A DNA stretch of 20,000 nucleotides from an uncultured virus (IMG/VR IMGVR_UViG_3300027977_000026) (Duplodnaviria > Heunggongvirae > Uroviricota > Caudoviricetes): the IMG/VR virus record IMGVR_UViG_3300027977_000026; one strand, written 5' to 3'. The notes under the pieces are model-generated. The model saw nothing but the letters and a program-made list of their open reading frames with translations. It did not search any database and was not told the DNA's origin. A program made the position numbers and the translations under genes. Every line of letters starts with the position of its first letter. Position 1 is the stretch's first letter. This document shows, piece by piece, positions 7,783-16,845 of this stretch.

Positions 7783-9588
7783 CTACATTACCTTGAAAGG
7801 AAGTCTCGTGGTTATACCGTTCTTTTTCTCCAAATATATAACTTCTCCATTGCATACTTTAGTACATTCTTTTCTATGGGAAATTATGTAGATTCCAAGA
7901 TTATACAAGTTGACTTGTTCATTGAGAATATTTAAAACCAAATCAACACCAGTCTCATCTAGACTTGTATCCAGCAATTCATCGTAAAACTGTATGTTAT
8001 AAAATACATTACCCTGGAGTCTGAGCATGTCAATAAAGGCAAACATGGTTGCTAAATCTATAACCTTTCTCTCTGCACCACTATAGTTAAAGTAGCTGGT
8101 GATCTTGCCTTTTTCATTAACGATTGTTTCATCAAACAGTTCGTTAAATGTTACAATAGCATTAGAATTGAGCTTTTTGAGGTATATATTGATTTTATTA
8201 TTGAATAACTTTAATATTTTCTTTACTATATAGCTCTTCACACCCTCTTCACTTACTACAAATTTGGATGCTTCGATTAAGCTTAGAACATTTTGAAGCT
8301 TATTAATCTTTTCCGATATATCTGAAAGTTTTTTAGTATTTTCTTCTATCAATACATCTGAATTTTCATCTGCTATTTTGAGATGGTCAAAATCCTGTTG
8401 CAACTGCTCTAACAGAGTATCAATTTCTGTTAATCTCTTCTTGCTACTCTCAAACTTTTGCGAGTTAAGGTTGTGGAAATTTATATTATTATTGCCCTTT
8501 TTTATTGCATCCATTATTTTAGTCTTGAGAATATTCAATTCTGAAACCTTATTTTCATTTAGCTTTATATCGTTCTCCGAATCTGTTATTTGTTTTTTGA
8601 GCTTTGCTTTTTCTTCTTTAATTAATCCTTTATCATGCTCTGTAACAGGCTTCAAGCACACTGGGCAGTTGTGTTTATCTGTGCCAATCTTGGATGAAGT
8701 TGCAATGGCAAATTCATTCTTGGTTTCTAGAGATGCAATAACTTTAGAATATTCTCTAAGCTTATCATCACAATCTTCAAGCTTAACATTTAACTTTACA
8801 ATATTAGCTTCTATTTCAGACACATTAATAGGTGCATAGTTGTTTGTAAAATCTAGAGTTGCCTCTTTCTCTTTATGCAGTTCTTTCTGTCTTATGTTTA
8901 ATTGTGATCTTCTAAATTCAAAGTCTTTCTTTGTTTTTTCCTTTTGCTTGATTAAATTGTCTAGCATATTTTTTATTTCTTCCTCTCTTGCTAGATTCGC
9001 TTCAAGTTCTTTCTTAGTGGTGTTTAATTCATCTCTGATCATGTTAAGCATCTTGCTAAATACTTCCAGATTGAAGATACCCTCAATAAACTTTCTCTTT
9101 TCTATCTTTTTCTTTGCCATGAACGGTGTAGTATTATTAACAGTCATGACAACACAATTCTGAAATACCTCTGAGCTACATTGTATTAGTTGTGAGATAT
9201 AATCAGTAGTGCTTGATATACTATCACGAGTAACATCAATTTGATTCTGGTATAAAATGCATTTGCTTGGTTCTAGGGTTCTTACAACTTCAAATTCATC
9301 TACCTTTTCACCAGTGCGAATATTAAAGGACAATGACACCTCGCATGTTCTGTTTGTAGAATAATTTATAATATGTTCTTTTTTAAGCTCTCTTATGGTG
9401 CTACCAAACAATGCAAAGTGGAGGGCGTCAGTTATTGTGCTCTTCCCAACGCCATTTCTTCTATCGGTTTGATCTCTATTGATACCAGTTATTGCATTTA
9501 GCCCTGGTGTGAATGTAACTTCTACCATTTTATCGCCAACGCTTAGAAAGTTTTTAGCTTTAAGTGTATTAAAGATTACGCTTTTCAT
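7783..9588 (-). CDS. 46: gp46 recombination endonuclease ATPase subunit (Rad50/SbcC-like)
   Basis: KNFLSVG, Walker A RNGVGKS, coiled coils with CPVC zinc hook, signature YSGAE, Walker B FYDELLD, IISH. Start moved to ATG 9588, which overlaps the gp47 stop as ATGA. Confidence 0.95.
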   Translation of the reverse strand: MKSVIFNTLKAKNFLSVGDKMVEVTFTPGLNAITGINRDQTDRRNGVGKSTITDALHFALFGSTIRELKKEHIINYSTNRTCEVSLSFNIRTGEKVDEFEVVRTLEPSKCILYQNQIDVTRDSISSTTDYISQLIQCSSEVFQNCVVMTVNNTTPFMAKKKIEKRKFIEGIFNLEVFSKMLNMIRDELNTTKKELEANLAREEEIKNMLDNLIKQKEKTKKDFEFRRSQLNIRQKELHKEKEATLDFTNNYAPINVSEIEANIVKLNVKLEDCDDKLREYSKVIASLETKNEFAIATSSKIGTDKHNCPVCLKPVTEHDKGLIKEEKAKLKKQITDSENDIKLNENKVSELNILKTKIMDAIKKGNNNINFHNLNSQKFESSKKRLTEIDTLLEQLQQDFDHLKIADENSDVLIEENTKKLSDISEKINKLQNVLSLIEASKFVVSEEGVKSYIVKKILKLFNNKINIYLKKLNSNAIVTFNELFDETIVNEKGKITSYFNYSGAERKVIDLATMFAFIDMLRLQGNVFYNIQFYDELLDTSLDETGVDLVLNILNEQVNLYNLGIYIISHRKECTKVCNGEVIYLEKKNGITTRLPFKVM

Positions 9589-10625
9589 TTGCAATTATTA
9601 TACAGCGAGACAGTATAGTCAACAACATCTTTTTTATTTTGAATATCTAGCATGTCTATAAATTCTGATATAGCTTGAGGTATGTTCACACCACTCAAAT
9701 CTATTTTTTCTTGGCCTAGATCAAACTTATCAAAATTTGCCGAATGATCCACAGTGAGTGTTACTGGCTTGAATGAATTTAATTTGACTGAAAGTTTATC
9801 CAAATCTGTGGAATCAATGTTTCTATCTACAACAAGTTTAATAATATTATTCCCTAGAATATCTTTACCTTTGCGGTCAAAATTATCAATTTTAATTAAT
9901 TCAGAGAGCTTAATTTTCTTATGCTTAGGAGAAAAATTGTTTTCAATGAATTCAAACAACATGGTCTTGAGGTCTAGTATATAAAATCCTTTTACTGAGT
10001 CTACATCACCAAAATCTAACTCAAAAGGACACCCTACATACAGAATAGTGTTTTTGCCATATTTTCTCTCTTCTCTCAAATGAAAGTGACCAGAAACAAT
10101 TAACGGTGAGTGTTTAAAGAGATCATCTGGCTTTGTACCATGATCACAGATTTTGTATGTGTTCATCTTGAAGCTTTCAATTTCAAAGTGACCGAAAACT
10201 ATGTCACAGCTATGAATTTCATTAACATCAGTTCCCCAGGGAGCGAAATACATCTCCCTACCACACACTTGCAACACCTTAGGCTCTTGTATTACTTCTA
10301 TGTTCTTACGACCGTTAAAAATGCTGATACTGTTAACTTTGCTGTTATGTCTGAAGAAGGAATCATGATTACCTGTGATCATTATCAGTCTAAAGTCATC
10401 AAACAGTTGCAGAATCTTACTTGCATGATGCAGTGTATTGACAGTAATTTCACTCCTGTTGTGAAAGAAGTCACCGCAAAATATAATATCTGTAATGTTT
10501 CTGCTCTTCAGCTGCGCTGTATACCATTGAGCCCATTCCAGTGATATATCGTGCCAGGTGGAACTATTGGTATGGACACCTAGATGAAGATCAGAGAAGA
10601 TAGCTACTTTGCAGTCTTTAAGCAT
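9585..10625 (-). CDS. 47: gp47 recombination endonuclease nuclease subunit (Mre11/SbcD-like)
   Basis: Metallophosphoesterase motifs SDLHLG, GDFFH, GNHD, GHFE, SGHFH; adjacent to gp46. Confidence 0.95.
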   Translation of the reverse strand: MLKDCKVAIFSDLHLGVHTNSSTWHDISLEWAQWYTAQLKSRNITDIIFCGDFFHNRSEITVNTLHHASKILQLFDDFRLIMITGNHDSFFRHNSKVNSISIFNGRKNIEVIQEPKVLQVCGREMYFAPWGTDVNEIHSCDIVFGHFEIESFKMNTYKICDHGTKPDDLFKHSPLIVSGHFHLREERKYGKNTILYVGCPFELDFGDVDSVKGFYILDLKTMLFEFIENNFSPKHKKIKLSELIKIDNFDRKGKDILGNNIIKLVVDRNIDSTDLDKLSVKLNSFKPVTLTVDHSANFDKFDLGQEKIDLSGVNIPQAISEFIDMLDIQNKKDVVDYTVSLYNNCK

Positions 10626-11223
10626 TACTTTGATTATAGTGGCTATTATCTAGATCTCCACCGTTACCAAAATCAGAGCAAATTCTAACACCACTTGCAT
10701 CCTCATTAGCGTTTATCAGGTCATCATAATGTCTCTCTCTGTAGTCAACTATGAGTTGATGGTACTTCTTTTCCTTCTTGATACGGCTGATGAATGCATG
10801 GAAGGCAATGGTTGTGAAATAGCTGAAAGGGCTGAACCCTTTGTCTATATGAAATTTTTGATATTTCAACGCTTGGTACATCTTTACAACAGCATCCCCA
10901 ATCATTTCATCTTTATAGCTATAATTTATAAAATTAGGAGCAAAAGAAAGACCATAGGCAATGCGCCTGATACTATCGGCCAGATACTCTGTCATCACCC
11001 CGCTCTTATAAAAGCCTCTGATACCATCTTCAAATTCCTTACTGTTTACATAGTGAGGCTTCTCTGAAGGTTTGAGCTTTTTACGCGTCTTAGCTTCATT
11101 CTTAATACCTTTTTCCAGAGTCTGCAGTGCAACCTTTTCAAGCTGCAACTCTGCAGGCAGTACTACTGCCTCTTTATTTTTCTCTGATTTCGGTGATTTT
11201 ATACGGGATGGTTTCTTGATCAT
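10618..11223 (-). CDS. 55: gp55 late-transcription sigma factor
   Basis: HYVNSKEF, LSFAPNFINYSYKDEMIGDAV, PFSYFTTIAFHAFISRIKKEKK are gp55 hallmarks. Start uncertain; ATG 11223 chosen to minimise overlap with uvsW. Confidence 0.92.
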   Translation of the reverse strand: MIKKPSRIKSPKSEKNKEAVVLPAELQLEKVALQTLEKGIKNEAKTRKKLKPSEKPHYVNSKEFEDGIRGFYKSGVMTEYLADSIRRIAYGLSFAPNFINYSYKDEMIGDAVVKMYQALKYQKFHIDKGFSPFSYFTTIAFHAFISRIKKEKKYHQLIVDYRERHYDDLINANEDASGVRICSDFGNGGDLDNSHYNQSNA

Positions 11224-12634
11224 AAAGTGTTTGTCTTTTAATTTCATGTCGACGTCCATAGGTGAGTTGATCTGCAAAGTCAAAAATTTGTAGCTTGCTC
11301 TTATTTTCGTGCAGTCTCAATCCTCTTCCTATGCTCTGAATAACCTTAACTTTGGCTTTTCCACCTGCTGCAAAGAAGATATAATGTAAATTTTTAACAT
11401 TAATACCTGTACTAAAAATCTTACTAATTGCAATGGCTACTACGTTAGATTCCTTCTCCATTAAACCTTTGATCTGCTCTCTATCTTCAACTTCGACACT
11501 GCCTTGAATAAAGAATATTTTTTTACGAGTAGCATGTTCTGAAAGATATTTATAGATGGCCTCACCATGTTTGATGTAATCCACCAATATTAAGACATTA
11601 TTAGTAGCGTTATTAGCAAGCGTGCACATCAAATTATTTCGAAATTTATTTTCAAATAAGAACTCCAGTTCTGTCCTATATCGCTCTGTTGGATTTAGTG
11701 TCTCCACATACTTGGGTTTATCATTATAGGAGATCTCTAAGATGTTACATATCACACTAGTTACAAAATTTTCTTTTCTCAATTCAAAGCTAGACTTCTC
11801 ATATATAATGGGACCAATTTTACCTATTATGTTCCATTGATCCAATTTATCTTCTGGCATGGTACCGGTGAAGCCAAATCTTATTGGTGTATTTAATTGT
11901 TTGAGTATCTTATTGATTTGATTGCCTCTTCTAGCTTTATGTATCTCATCAAATATTAAGACATTAATTCCTTCTAACCAGGATAAATCTGATTTTTCAG
12001 ATAGTATGATTCCCAAATTAGCTATGACAACGTTTGCATTTGCGTTGAGCTTATCAGAGCCAGTCCATTTATTAAAGAAAAAAGGAACACCATATTGTGC
12101 AAAATCATTGAACGTCTGGTTTACTAATCCGAGATCAGGTACTATTAATAAACATTTAAACTGATTATTGAGCATAAAAAAATTGGATAGGAGAGATGCC
12201 ATTACCAGTGTTTTACCACCTGCAGTCGCGAGAACAGTGACTCCTCTCCCTTTATCAAGACACTGGTAAACTATCTCCTTTTGATAATCTCTCAATTTTA
12301 ATGACATGTTATCATAGGGTGTATTTGTGAAGCTAATATTATTTTTATAGATGTGTGATGGTATTACATGTGAGGCAAATTCACTGGATGTTTTTATATC
12401 GGATTGTTGGCAGTATTCATTTTTTACTAAGAATTTAATTATCTCGTAAAACAAACATGGATCAAACTGACCGGTAGGGGTAATGGCATATGTGCGCGAA
12501 GGTATGAAGCGGCCTCTCATCCTGGCAAATCTTGCACCTTCGTTTGGTGTAGAAAAGTGTTCTCTTATCTCAGATAAATGCTCAGTCTTTAAAATGCCAA
12601 GACCTTTATTCTTATTATACTCAAACAGAATCAT
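11174..12634 (-). CDS. uvsW: UvsW SF2 DNA helicase
   Basis: Q motif LRDYQ, ATAGGKT, DEIH, GFTGT, FSTGINVKNL, QSIGRGLR. Confidence 0.95.
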   Translation of the reverse strand: MILFEYNKNKGLGILKTEHLSEIREHFSTPNEGARFARMRGRFIPSRTYAITPTGQFDPCLFYEIIKFLVKNEYCQQSDIKTSSEFASHVIPSHIYKNNISFTNTPYDNMSLKLRDYQKEIVYQCLDKGRGVTVLATAGGKTLVMASLLSNFFMLNNQFKCLLIVPDLGLVNQTFNDFAQYGVPFFFNKWTGSDKLNANANVVIANLGIILSEKSDLSWLEGINVLIFDEIHKARRGNQINKILKQLNTPIRFGFTGTMPEDKLDQWNIIGKIGPIIYEKSSFELRKENFVTSVICNILEISYNDKPKYVETLNPTERYRTELEFLFENKFRNNLMCTLANNATNNVLILVDYIKHGEAIYKYLSEHATRKKIFFIQGSVEVEDREQIKGLMEKESNVVAIAISKIFSTGINVKNLHYIFFAAGGKAKVKVIQSIGRGLRLHENKSKLQIFDFADQLTYGRRHEIKRQTLYDQETIPYKITEIREK

Positions 12635-13032
12635 TATGTGGTCTCCATCTTAATAATTTCCACTAAGTTCTTGATATCAAAACCTATGCTATGCATAGTT
12701 CTTTCAACTTTTTCTAAAAACTCAACTACTATTCTCTTATCACCTATTTGTTTAACCACCTCTACTACAGCTTCATGCCTTTCTGCTGTCTTCTCACAAA
12801 TTAAAGGTGTGAGCTTAACTGGTGATTCTTTTCTTATTTCCTCGCCCACTCTACAAACCAACGAGTCTCTCTCTTTTTGTAGCTCGTTTAATGCGGATTT
12901 TTCTTTCATTAATCTGGACACCCACTTGGCCTTTCTTGCAGGAAGCATCAAGGCACTCTCTTTCAAGTTCAGTTCATCTAGCGCCACATCAGCCTCTAGT
13001 TCAGATATATACTTTTCAAGCAATGTCACCAC
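12634..13032 (-). CDS. uvsY: UvsY recombination mediator
   Basis: About 132 aa helical protein with D..LDE.NL..SA..LP...AKW and GFDIKNLVE C-terminus; directly upstream of uvsW as in cyanomyophages. GTG start. Confidence 0.85.
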   Translation of the reverse strand: MVTLLEKYISELEADVALDELNLKESALMLPARKAKWVSRLMKEKSALNELQKERDSLVCRVGEEIRKESPVKLTPLICEKTAERHEAVVEVVKQIGDKRIVVEFLEKVERTMHSIGFDIKNLVEIIKMETT

Positions 13033-13066
13033 ATAAATATAACATATACTCTAGATAAATCAATTA

Positions 13067-13288
13067 ATGAAAAGCTTTAAACAATATATTACAGAACTCA
13101 ACGCTGCAGGTGCAGGGGGTGTATTTGGAGATGCTCCTAGTATGGGTCATGGCGGCAGTGTGGGTAATAAGGATTTTTATGCCCCAGGTGATGCCAGAAT
13201 ACCTTACATAATTGGGTCAACGAGAATCAAAGGCAAAAAAAATAAAACTAAATTCCCTATTCAACGTAGAACTCTTGCTGGTATGTAG
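13067..13288 (+). CDS. Small Gly-rich/basic protein with capsid-targeting-like N-terminus
   Basis: Starts MKSFKQYITE (compare T4 IPII/IPIII MKTYQEFIAE). TAAATC variant at 13056-13061 5 nt upstream and TAAATA at 13034-13039. Confidence 0.75.
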   Translation: MKSFKQYITELNAAGAGGVFGDAPSMGHGGSVGNKDFYAPGDARIPYIIGSTRIKGKKNKTKFPIQRRTLAGM

Positions 13289-13289
13289 T

Positions 13290-13295
13290 TAAATA
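13290..13295 (+). promoter_or_regulatory. T4-type late promoter box TAAATA
   Basis: TAAATA 4 nt before ATG 13300; gp55 is encoded in the window. Confidence 0.7.
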
Positions 13296-13299
13296 ATTG

Positions 13300-13716
13300 A
13301 TGGACATAGGGCATTGGATTTTATTAGATGGTATTGAATTCAAAGAGCAACCTTTTGGTTTCATATATGAAATAACCAACACTGTTAACAACAGAAAATA
13401 TATAGGCAAAAAACAGTGTGTCTCTAAGATTAGAAAGGCCCCTCTCAAAGGTAGAACCAATAAGAGAATTGCAATAAAAGAATCGGATTGGAAGCAATAC
13501 ACTAGTTCATCTAATGAGCTCAATGAAGACATTAAAAAACATGGTAAAGATAAATTCATCTTTAAAATCTTAAAACTATGCGGCAGTAAGTGGGAGTTGG
13601 GATATTTTGAGATAAAAGAACAATTATTGAGAGAGGTAATTTTGAGAGATGATTATTACAACGGCATACTAAATGTACGCATTGGTCGACCGCCTAAAAC
13701 CTTATTGAATTTATAG
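13300..13716 (+). CDS. GIY-YIG endonuclease (Seg-like, catalytic domain only)
   Basis: GFIYEITNTVNNRKYIGKK, W..YTSSS, F...IL, conserved Glu in YFEIKE, YYN. Start set at ATG 13300. Confidence 0.85.
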   Translation: MDIGHWILLDGIEFKEQPFGFIYEITNTVNNRKYIGKKQCVSKIRKAPLKGRTNKRIAIKESDWKQYTSSSNELNEDIKKHGKDKFIFKILKLCGSKWELGYFEIKEQLLREVILRDDYYNGILNVRIGRPPKTLLNL

Positions 13717-13732
13717 ATAGTCATTATAGAAT

Positions 13733-14242
13733 ATGAGCGTGAAGAAAGTTTTAATATTTAAAAATATTGAACTTAGAGATTTGGTAGGTTCATTCTATGA
13801 GCTGGTTGAGCCGCTGATAGAGGCTGATACACACAAGTACTCTTTAACCAAGGCCAATATTGTTAACAAATTTGCTATTTATAGATTTGTGGAATTTTTG
13901 ATTGCGGCGAAGTCTAAAAAAATGAGTAAAATATTAGCATTTTACGTGGATAGTACAAGATTAAAGAATGATCTTCTTGGAAGTAATTTAAAAATTTATA
14001 GAAAATTATGCCTGATGCTTAATGTCAAAATAATTGAAAGGGTCATTAATTTTGACGAGTATAGCGAACTTCTGAATAGTAACTCTGGTAGAGGTAAGGA
14101 AGAAAGACTGTATTTGCTTCATAAGACACTAGAGCCGACCAAGAATAGTCCTTCCAAGTTCATTGAATTACTCAACAAATATGGTATCTATAAGTTGGAT
14201 TATAGCAAAAACTCAATAAAGTTAGGCATCTTTCTAACATAA
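13733..14242 (+). CDS. Hypothetical protein
   Basis: 169 aa ORF filling the space between flanking + strand genes; no motif recognised. Confidence 0.7.
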   Translation: MSVKKVLIFKNIELRDLVGSFYELVEPLIEADTHKYSLTKANIVNKFAIYRFVEFLIAAKSKKMSKILAFYVDSTRLKNDLLGSNLKIYRKLCLMLNVKIIERVINFDEYSELLNSNSGRGKEERLYLLHKTLEPTKNSPSKFIELLNKYGIYKLDYSKNSIKLGIFLT

Positions 14243-14245
14243 ATA
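14240..14245 (+). promoter_or_regulatory. T4-type late promoter box TAAATA
   Basis: CATAAATA overlapping the upstream stop codon, 4 nt before ATG 14250. Confidence 0.7.
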
Positions 14246-14249
14246 ACAT

Positions 14250-14573
14250 ATGAAGTTCGATACTCTTCTCGTAAAACAATATAAAAAATATAGCTTGCAA
14301 GTGCCCAGCGATTATACCTTTAAAGAGGATGTCGATACAGGTGCTGATTTGAATATAGGTGCAGGAATTCCTGGTATGGATAAGCAAAAAATAGAAGTTG
14401 CAGCTAATGTTGACAAGAGATCTAAGCTTAACAACCTCATCTCCTCTACTCTTGATTTGTTAATTAAGAAAGCCCAAGACGGTCTTAACAAGACCAAAAC
14501 ACCTTCAACTCAATCGGTGACTGCACCCACGTCGCCATCATCCAACTCACCTACTACTATCAATCCAGTTTAA
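14250..14573 (+). CDS. Hypothetical late protein (putative head-internal)
   Basis: Late box upstream; MKFDTLL...YTFKE N-terminus; Ser/Thr/Pro-rich tail; TAATG coupling to the next gene. Confidence 0.75.
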   Translation: MKFDTLLVKQYKKYSLQVPSDYTFKEDVDTGADLNIGAGIPGMDKQKIEVAANVDKRSKLNNLISSTLDLLIKKAQDGLNKTKTPSTQSVTAPTSPSSNSPTTINPV

Positions 14574-14917
14574 TGAAATTCTATAATTTACTCAAACAAA
14601 AATATGTTGATTTGCTTGAGCAGGTGCCAGCGGATCTTAATGGGCTGCCACCAGAAGCAATGCCTGGGGCTATGCCAACAGATCTTCAGACTCCTCCAAG
14701 AATAGAGACAGAAAAGCAGCCATTAACAGCTGAGGGTGAAGTATTTTTAGTTAGATTGCTGCGCAAAGCTCTTTTTATGAACCCGGGTGATATAGATGAA
14801 AAATTATTAAAAGACTTGCCAGAGATAAATGAAAAGAATGCTTCAGAAGTTCTTAACTCTATCATCAACATAATGAAGAAGTACTCAAATACAATTGATG
14901 TAGAGACTAAAGTATAA
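14573..14917 (+). CDS. Hypothetical late protein (putative head-internal)
   Basis: MKFYNLLKQKYVDLLE N-terminus similar to the preceding gene, Pro-rich linker, helical C-domain. Confidence 0.78.
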   Translation: MKFYNLLKQKYVDLLEQVPADLNGLPPEAMPGAMPTDLQTPPRIETEKQPLTAEGEVFLVRLLRKALFMNPGDIDEKLLKDLPEINEKNASEVLNSIINIMKKYSNTIDVETKV

Positions 14918-14923
14918 TAAATA
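14918..14923 (+). promoter_or_regulatory. T4-type late promoter box TAAATA
   Basis: TAAATA 4 nt before GTG 14928; heads a three-gene coupled operon. Confidence 0.7.
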
Positions 14924-14927
14924 ACTT

Positions 14928-16226
14928 GTGGCATACAAGAGTTTAAAAGACATTTACCTGAGTCAAACTTATGGTAGAAAAATACCAGTTCTCCCCAGAC
15001 AAGATGTGTACAATGAACAAGTTGGACAACCAGTAGAAGTGCCTCAAGAGCCTGTGCAAACAGCAATAGAACCTGTAGACAGCGACGGAGTACAACAGGA
15101 TGATACTACAGAAGTAAAGCCTCAAACAATTAATAAAATAAAAGTTCCTTTCTCTTTAGACAGCGTACATGAAGCCAGCTGGCCAGTAGCTTCTGCAGGG
15201 GTACCGTTCAATACAAAAAGCTTCACACCTCATGTAGGTGAAGGAAATGGTGAAAGAAAGGTAGCTTCTCTCTTTCACCCACAAATGAAGAAAGAGCCAG
15301 ATAATAGATATACAGAAAGATTGGGCACCTTTATTGCAGGCCAGAATGAATCTTTTGATGTTGTATCAGAACAAGGAAATTTTGAAGTTAAGGAATTTAA
15401 GCTTGCTAAAAACGGAAAGTATAGAGGCAGTGTGAGAATAGGTGCTGAAGGCAAGCACACCACAGGCATGATACTATCCCAGGTAAAGGATTTGCTCATT
15501 ATTCTGCTTCAAACATATTCATCGCTGGATAATGACTCTAAGAAAGTTTTAAATGACAATTTGATTAAAAACATATCTACTACTAATGATATACCGCCAG
15601 GATGGAATCTAGAGAATTACATTGATGCTATTTTTGATGTAACCATAGGCGAGGACAAAGGTATAACGGAATTTCCTAAAACTCTGTTTCATGGTCAAGA
15701 GATAAATCCTAATTTATTTACTAGAAATAAAAAGCGAGCCACTTACTTGGTTTACACCATACCACAGATTTTAAATGCGCTCAAACAATTGGCTCTACAG
15801 GATCAAAATCAAGCAAATTTAGACAATGAAATTAATCGTGTTAAAAACCTGCAAAGCACTCTCAAAGGATTATATTTGAAAAAGGATGATGAGAAATTTA
15901 GTAAAGAAATAGAGAAAGAAGCTGAGTCCTTGGATAGGAAATTAATCAGCAAAGCATGCTTATCTGATAGGGGGTCCAATTGCATTACCATTAATACCTT
16001 CCTTCAGAAATTAGAGAGACTTGACCTGGGTGGTGTGTTTAACAGCATTGATCAGTTGCGGCAAAGTGAGGTTGCAAATATATTCCCTCCAGAGGTTGTT
16101 GGGTTCTTTGCAGTTTTTGAGACAAAGTATAAGTATATTCCCAGGGCTCTACTGAAGGACTATATGGTTATAGATAGCTTTACCCAGAAAGGACTTAAGA
16201 TAGCATTAAAAAGTGAAAACGTTTAA
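14928..16226 (+). CDS. Putative PD-(D/E)xK nuclease-fold protein
   Basis: GEGNGE(109)...SFD(144)V...FE(153)VK(155) fits the E...D...ExK restriction-endonuclease-like active site; acidic/Pro-rich N-terminal linker. ORF is solid, function is inference. Confidence 0.6.
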   Translation: MAYKSLKDIYLSQTYGRKIPVLPRQDVYNEQVGQPVEVPQEPVQTAIEPVDSDGVQQDDTTEVKPQTINKIKVPFSLDSVHEASWPVASAGVPFNTKSFTPHVGEGNGERKVASLFHPQMKKEPDNRYTERLGTFIAGQNESFDVVSEQGNFEVKEFKLAKNGKYRGSVRIGAEGKHTTGMILSQVKDLLIILLQTYSSLDNDSKKVLNDNLIKNISTTNDIPPGWNLENYIDAIFDVTIGEDKGITEFPKTLFHGQEINPNLFTRNKKRATYLVYTIPQILNALKQLALQDQNQANLDNEINRVKNLQSTLKGLYLKKDDEKFSKEIEKEAESLDRKLISKACLSDRGSNCITINTFLQKLERLDLGGVFNSIDQLRQSEVANIFPPEVVGFFAVFETKYKYIPRALLKDYMVIDSFTQKGLKIALKSENV

Positions 16227-16845
16227 AATTTTCTTTGAAAATACAAACACTCTGACATTAGGTCTGTTTCCCGGCGCATTTAAACCACCACATAAAGGAC
16301 ATCTGCAAACTGTGGTCGATGCGTTGAAAAACAATCAAAAGGTTATAGTTCTTATTTCCGGCGAAGAGCGTGAAGGCATTAATCCGGAGAAATCTATGAT
16401 GGTTTGGACACAATTCAAACAGTCTATGAATTTAAATAATTTAGAGATTCATATAATATCAGGATCACCTGTGGCAGCAGTGTATCAGATAGTAGACATT
16501 CTTAATAATAGTTCTTATTCACCAACAAAGAGATCTCCAGCGCCCTTGCCTGAATCCAAAACAATTGCAGACAACTTATTGAAACAATCAGCAATATTCG
16601 CTATCAAGCTATATGCTAGTGAGGAAGATTTTGGCAGATATAATGCGTTTTTTAATCCTAAGACTTCTGATATTTATGTAGGTAAAAATGTTAAAAGTAT
16701 TGATAAAGGAGAAGTGAAGAGACTGGCCTCAGCTACTGATGTTAGAAAAAGCATTGTGACTGATAACTTTGATAGATTTAAAGCGTCAATGCCTAACATA
16801 GGTGATGATAAATTAAAAGCAATATTTGGAGCTCTGCAAACATGA
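16213..16845 (+). CDS. HIGH-family nucleotidyltransferase (phage 'cytidyltransferase'; NadM/NadD/CoaD-like fold)
   Basis: LFPGAFKPPHKGH and C-terminal SATDVR motif; GTG start, N-terminus MKTFKIFFE. Confidence 0.85.
   Translation: MKTFKIFFENTNTLTLGLFPGAFKPPHKGHLQTVVDALKNNQKVIVLISGEEREGINPEKSMMVWTQFKQSMNLNNLEIHIISGSPVAAVYQIVDILNNSSYSPTKRSPAPLPESKTIADNLLKQSAIFAIKLYASEEDFGRYNAFFNPKTSDIYVGKNVKSIDKGEVKRLASATDVRKSIVTDNFDRFKASMPNIGDDKLKAIFGALQT

Noticed and set aside
8378..9163. Two long + strand ORFs (153 and 107 aa) that look hydrophobic
   Set aside because: Antisense to the gp46 coiled coil; hydrophobicity is an artefact of AAA/GAA codons.
11224..11283. Longer gp55 start given in the ORF track
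   Set aside because: Would overlap uvsW by 110 nt with a non-ATG start; ATG 11223 is more parsimonious.
12638..13036. 132-aa + strand ORF mirroring uvsY
   Set aside because: Antisense shadow of a recognisable gene; Ser/Phe/Leu-rich composition expected from reverse-complemented Glu/Lys codons.
13733..14242. Possible degenerate RNase H/PIN-like fold
   Set aside because: Only a vague beta-strand-Asp pattern (LAFYVD); not enough to support a call.
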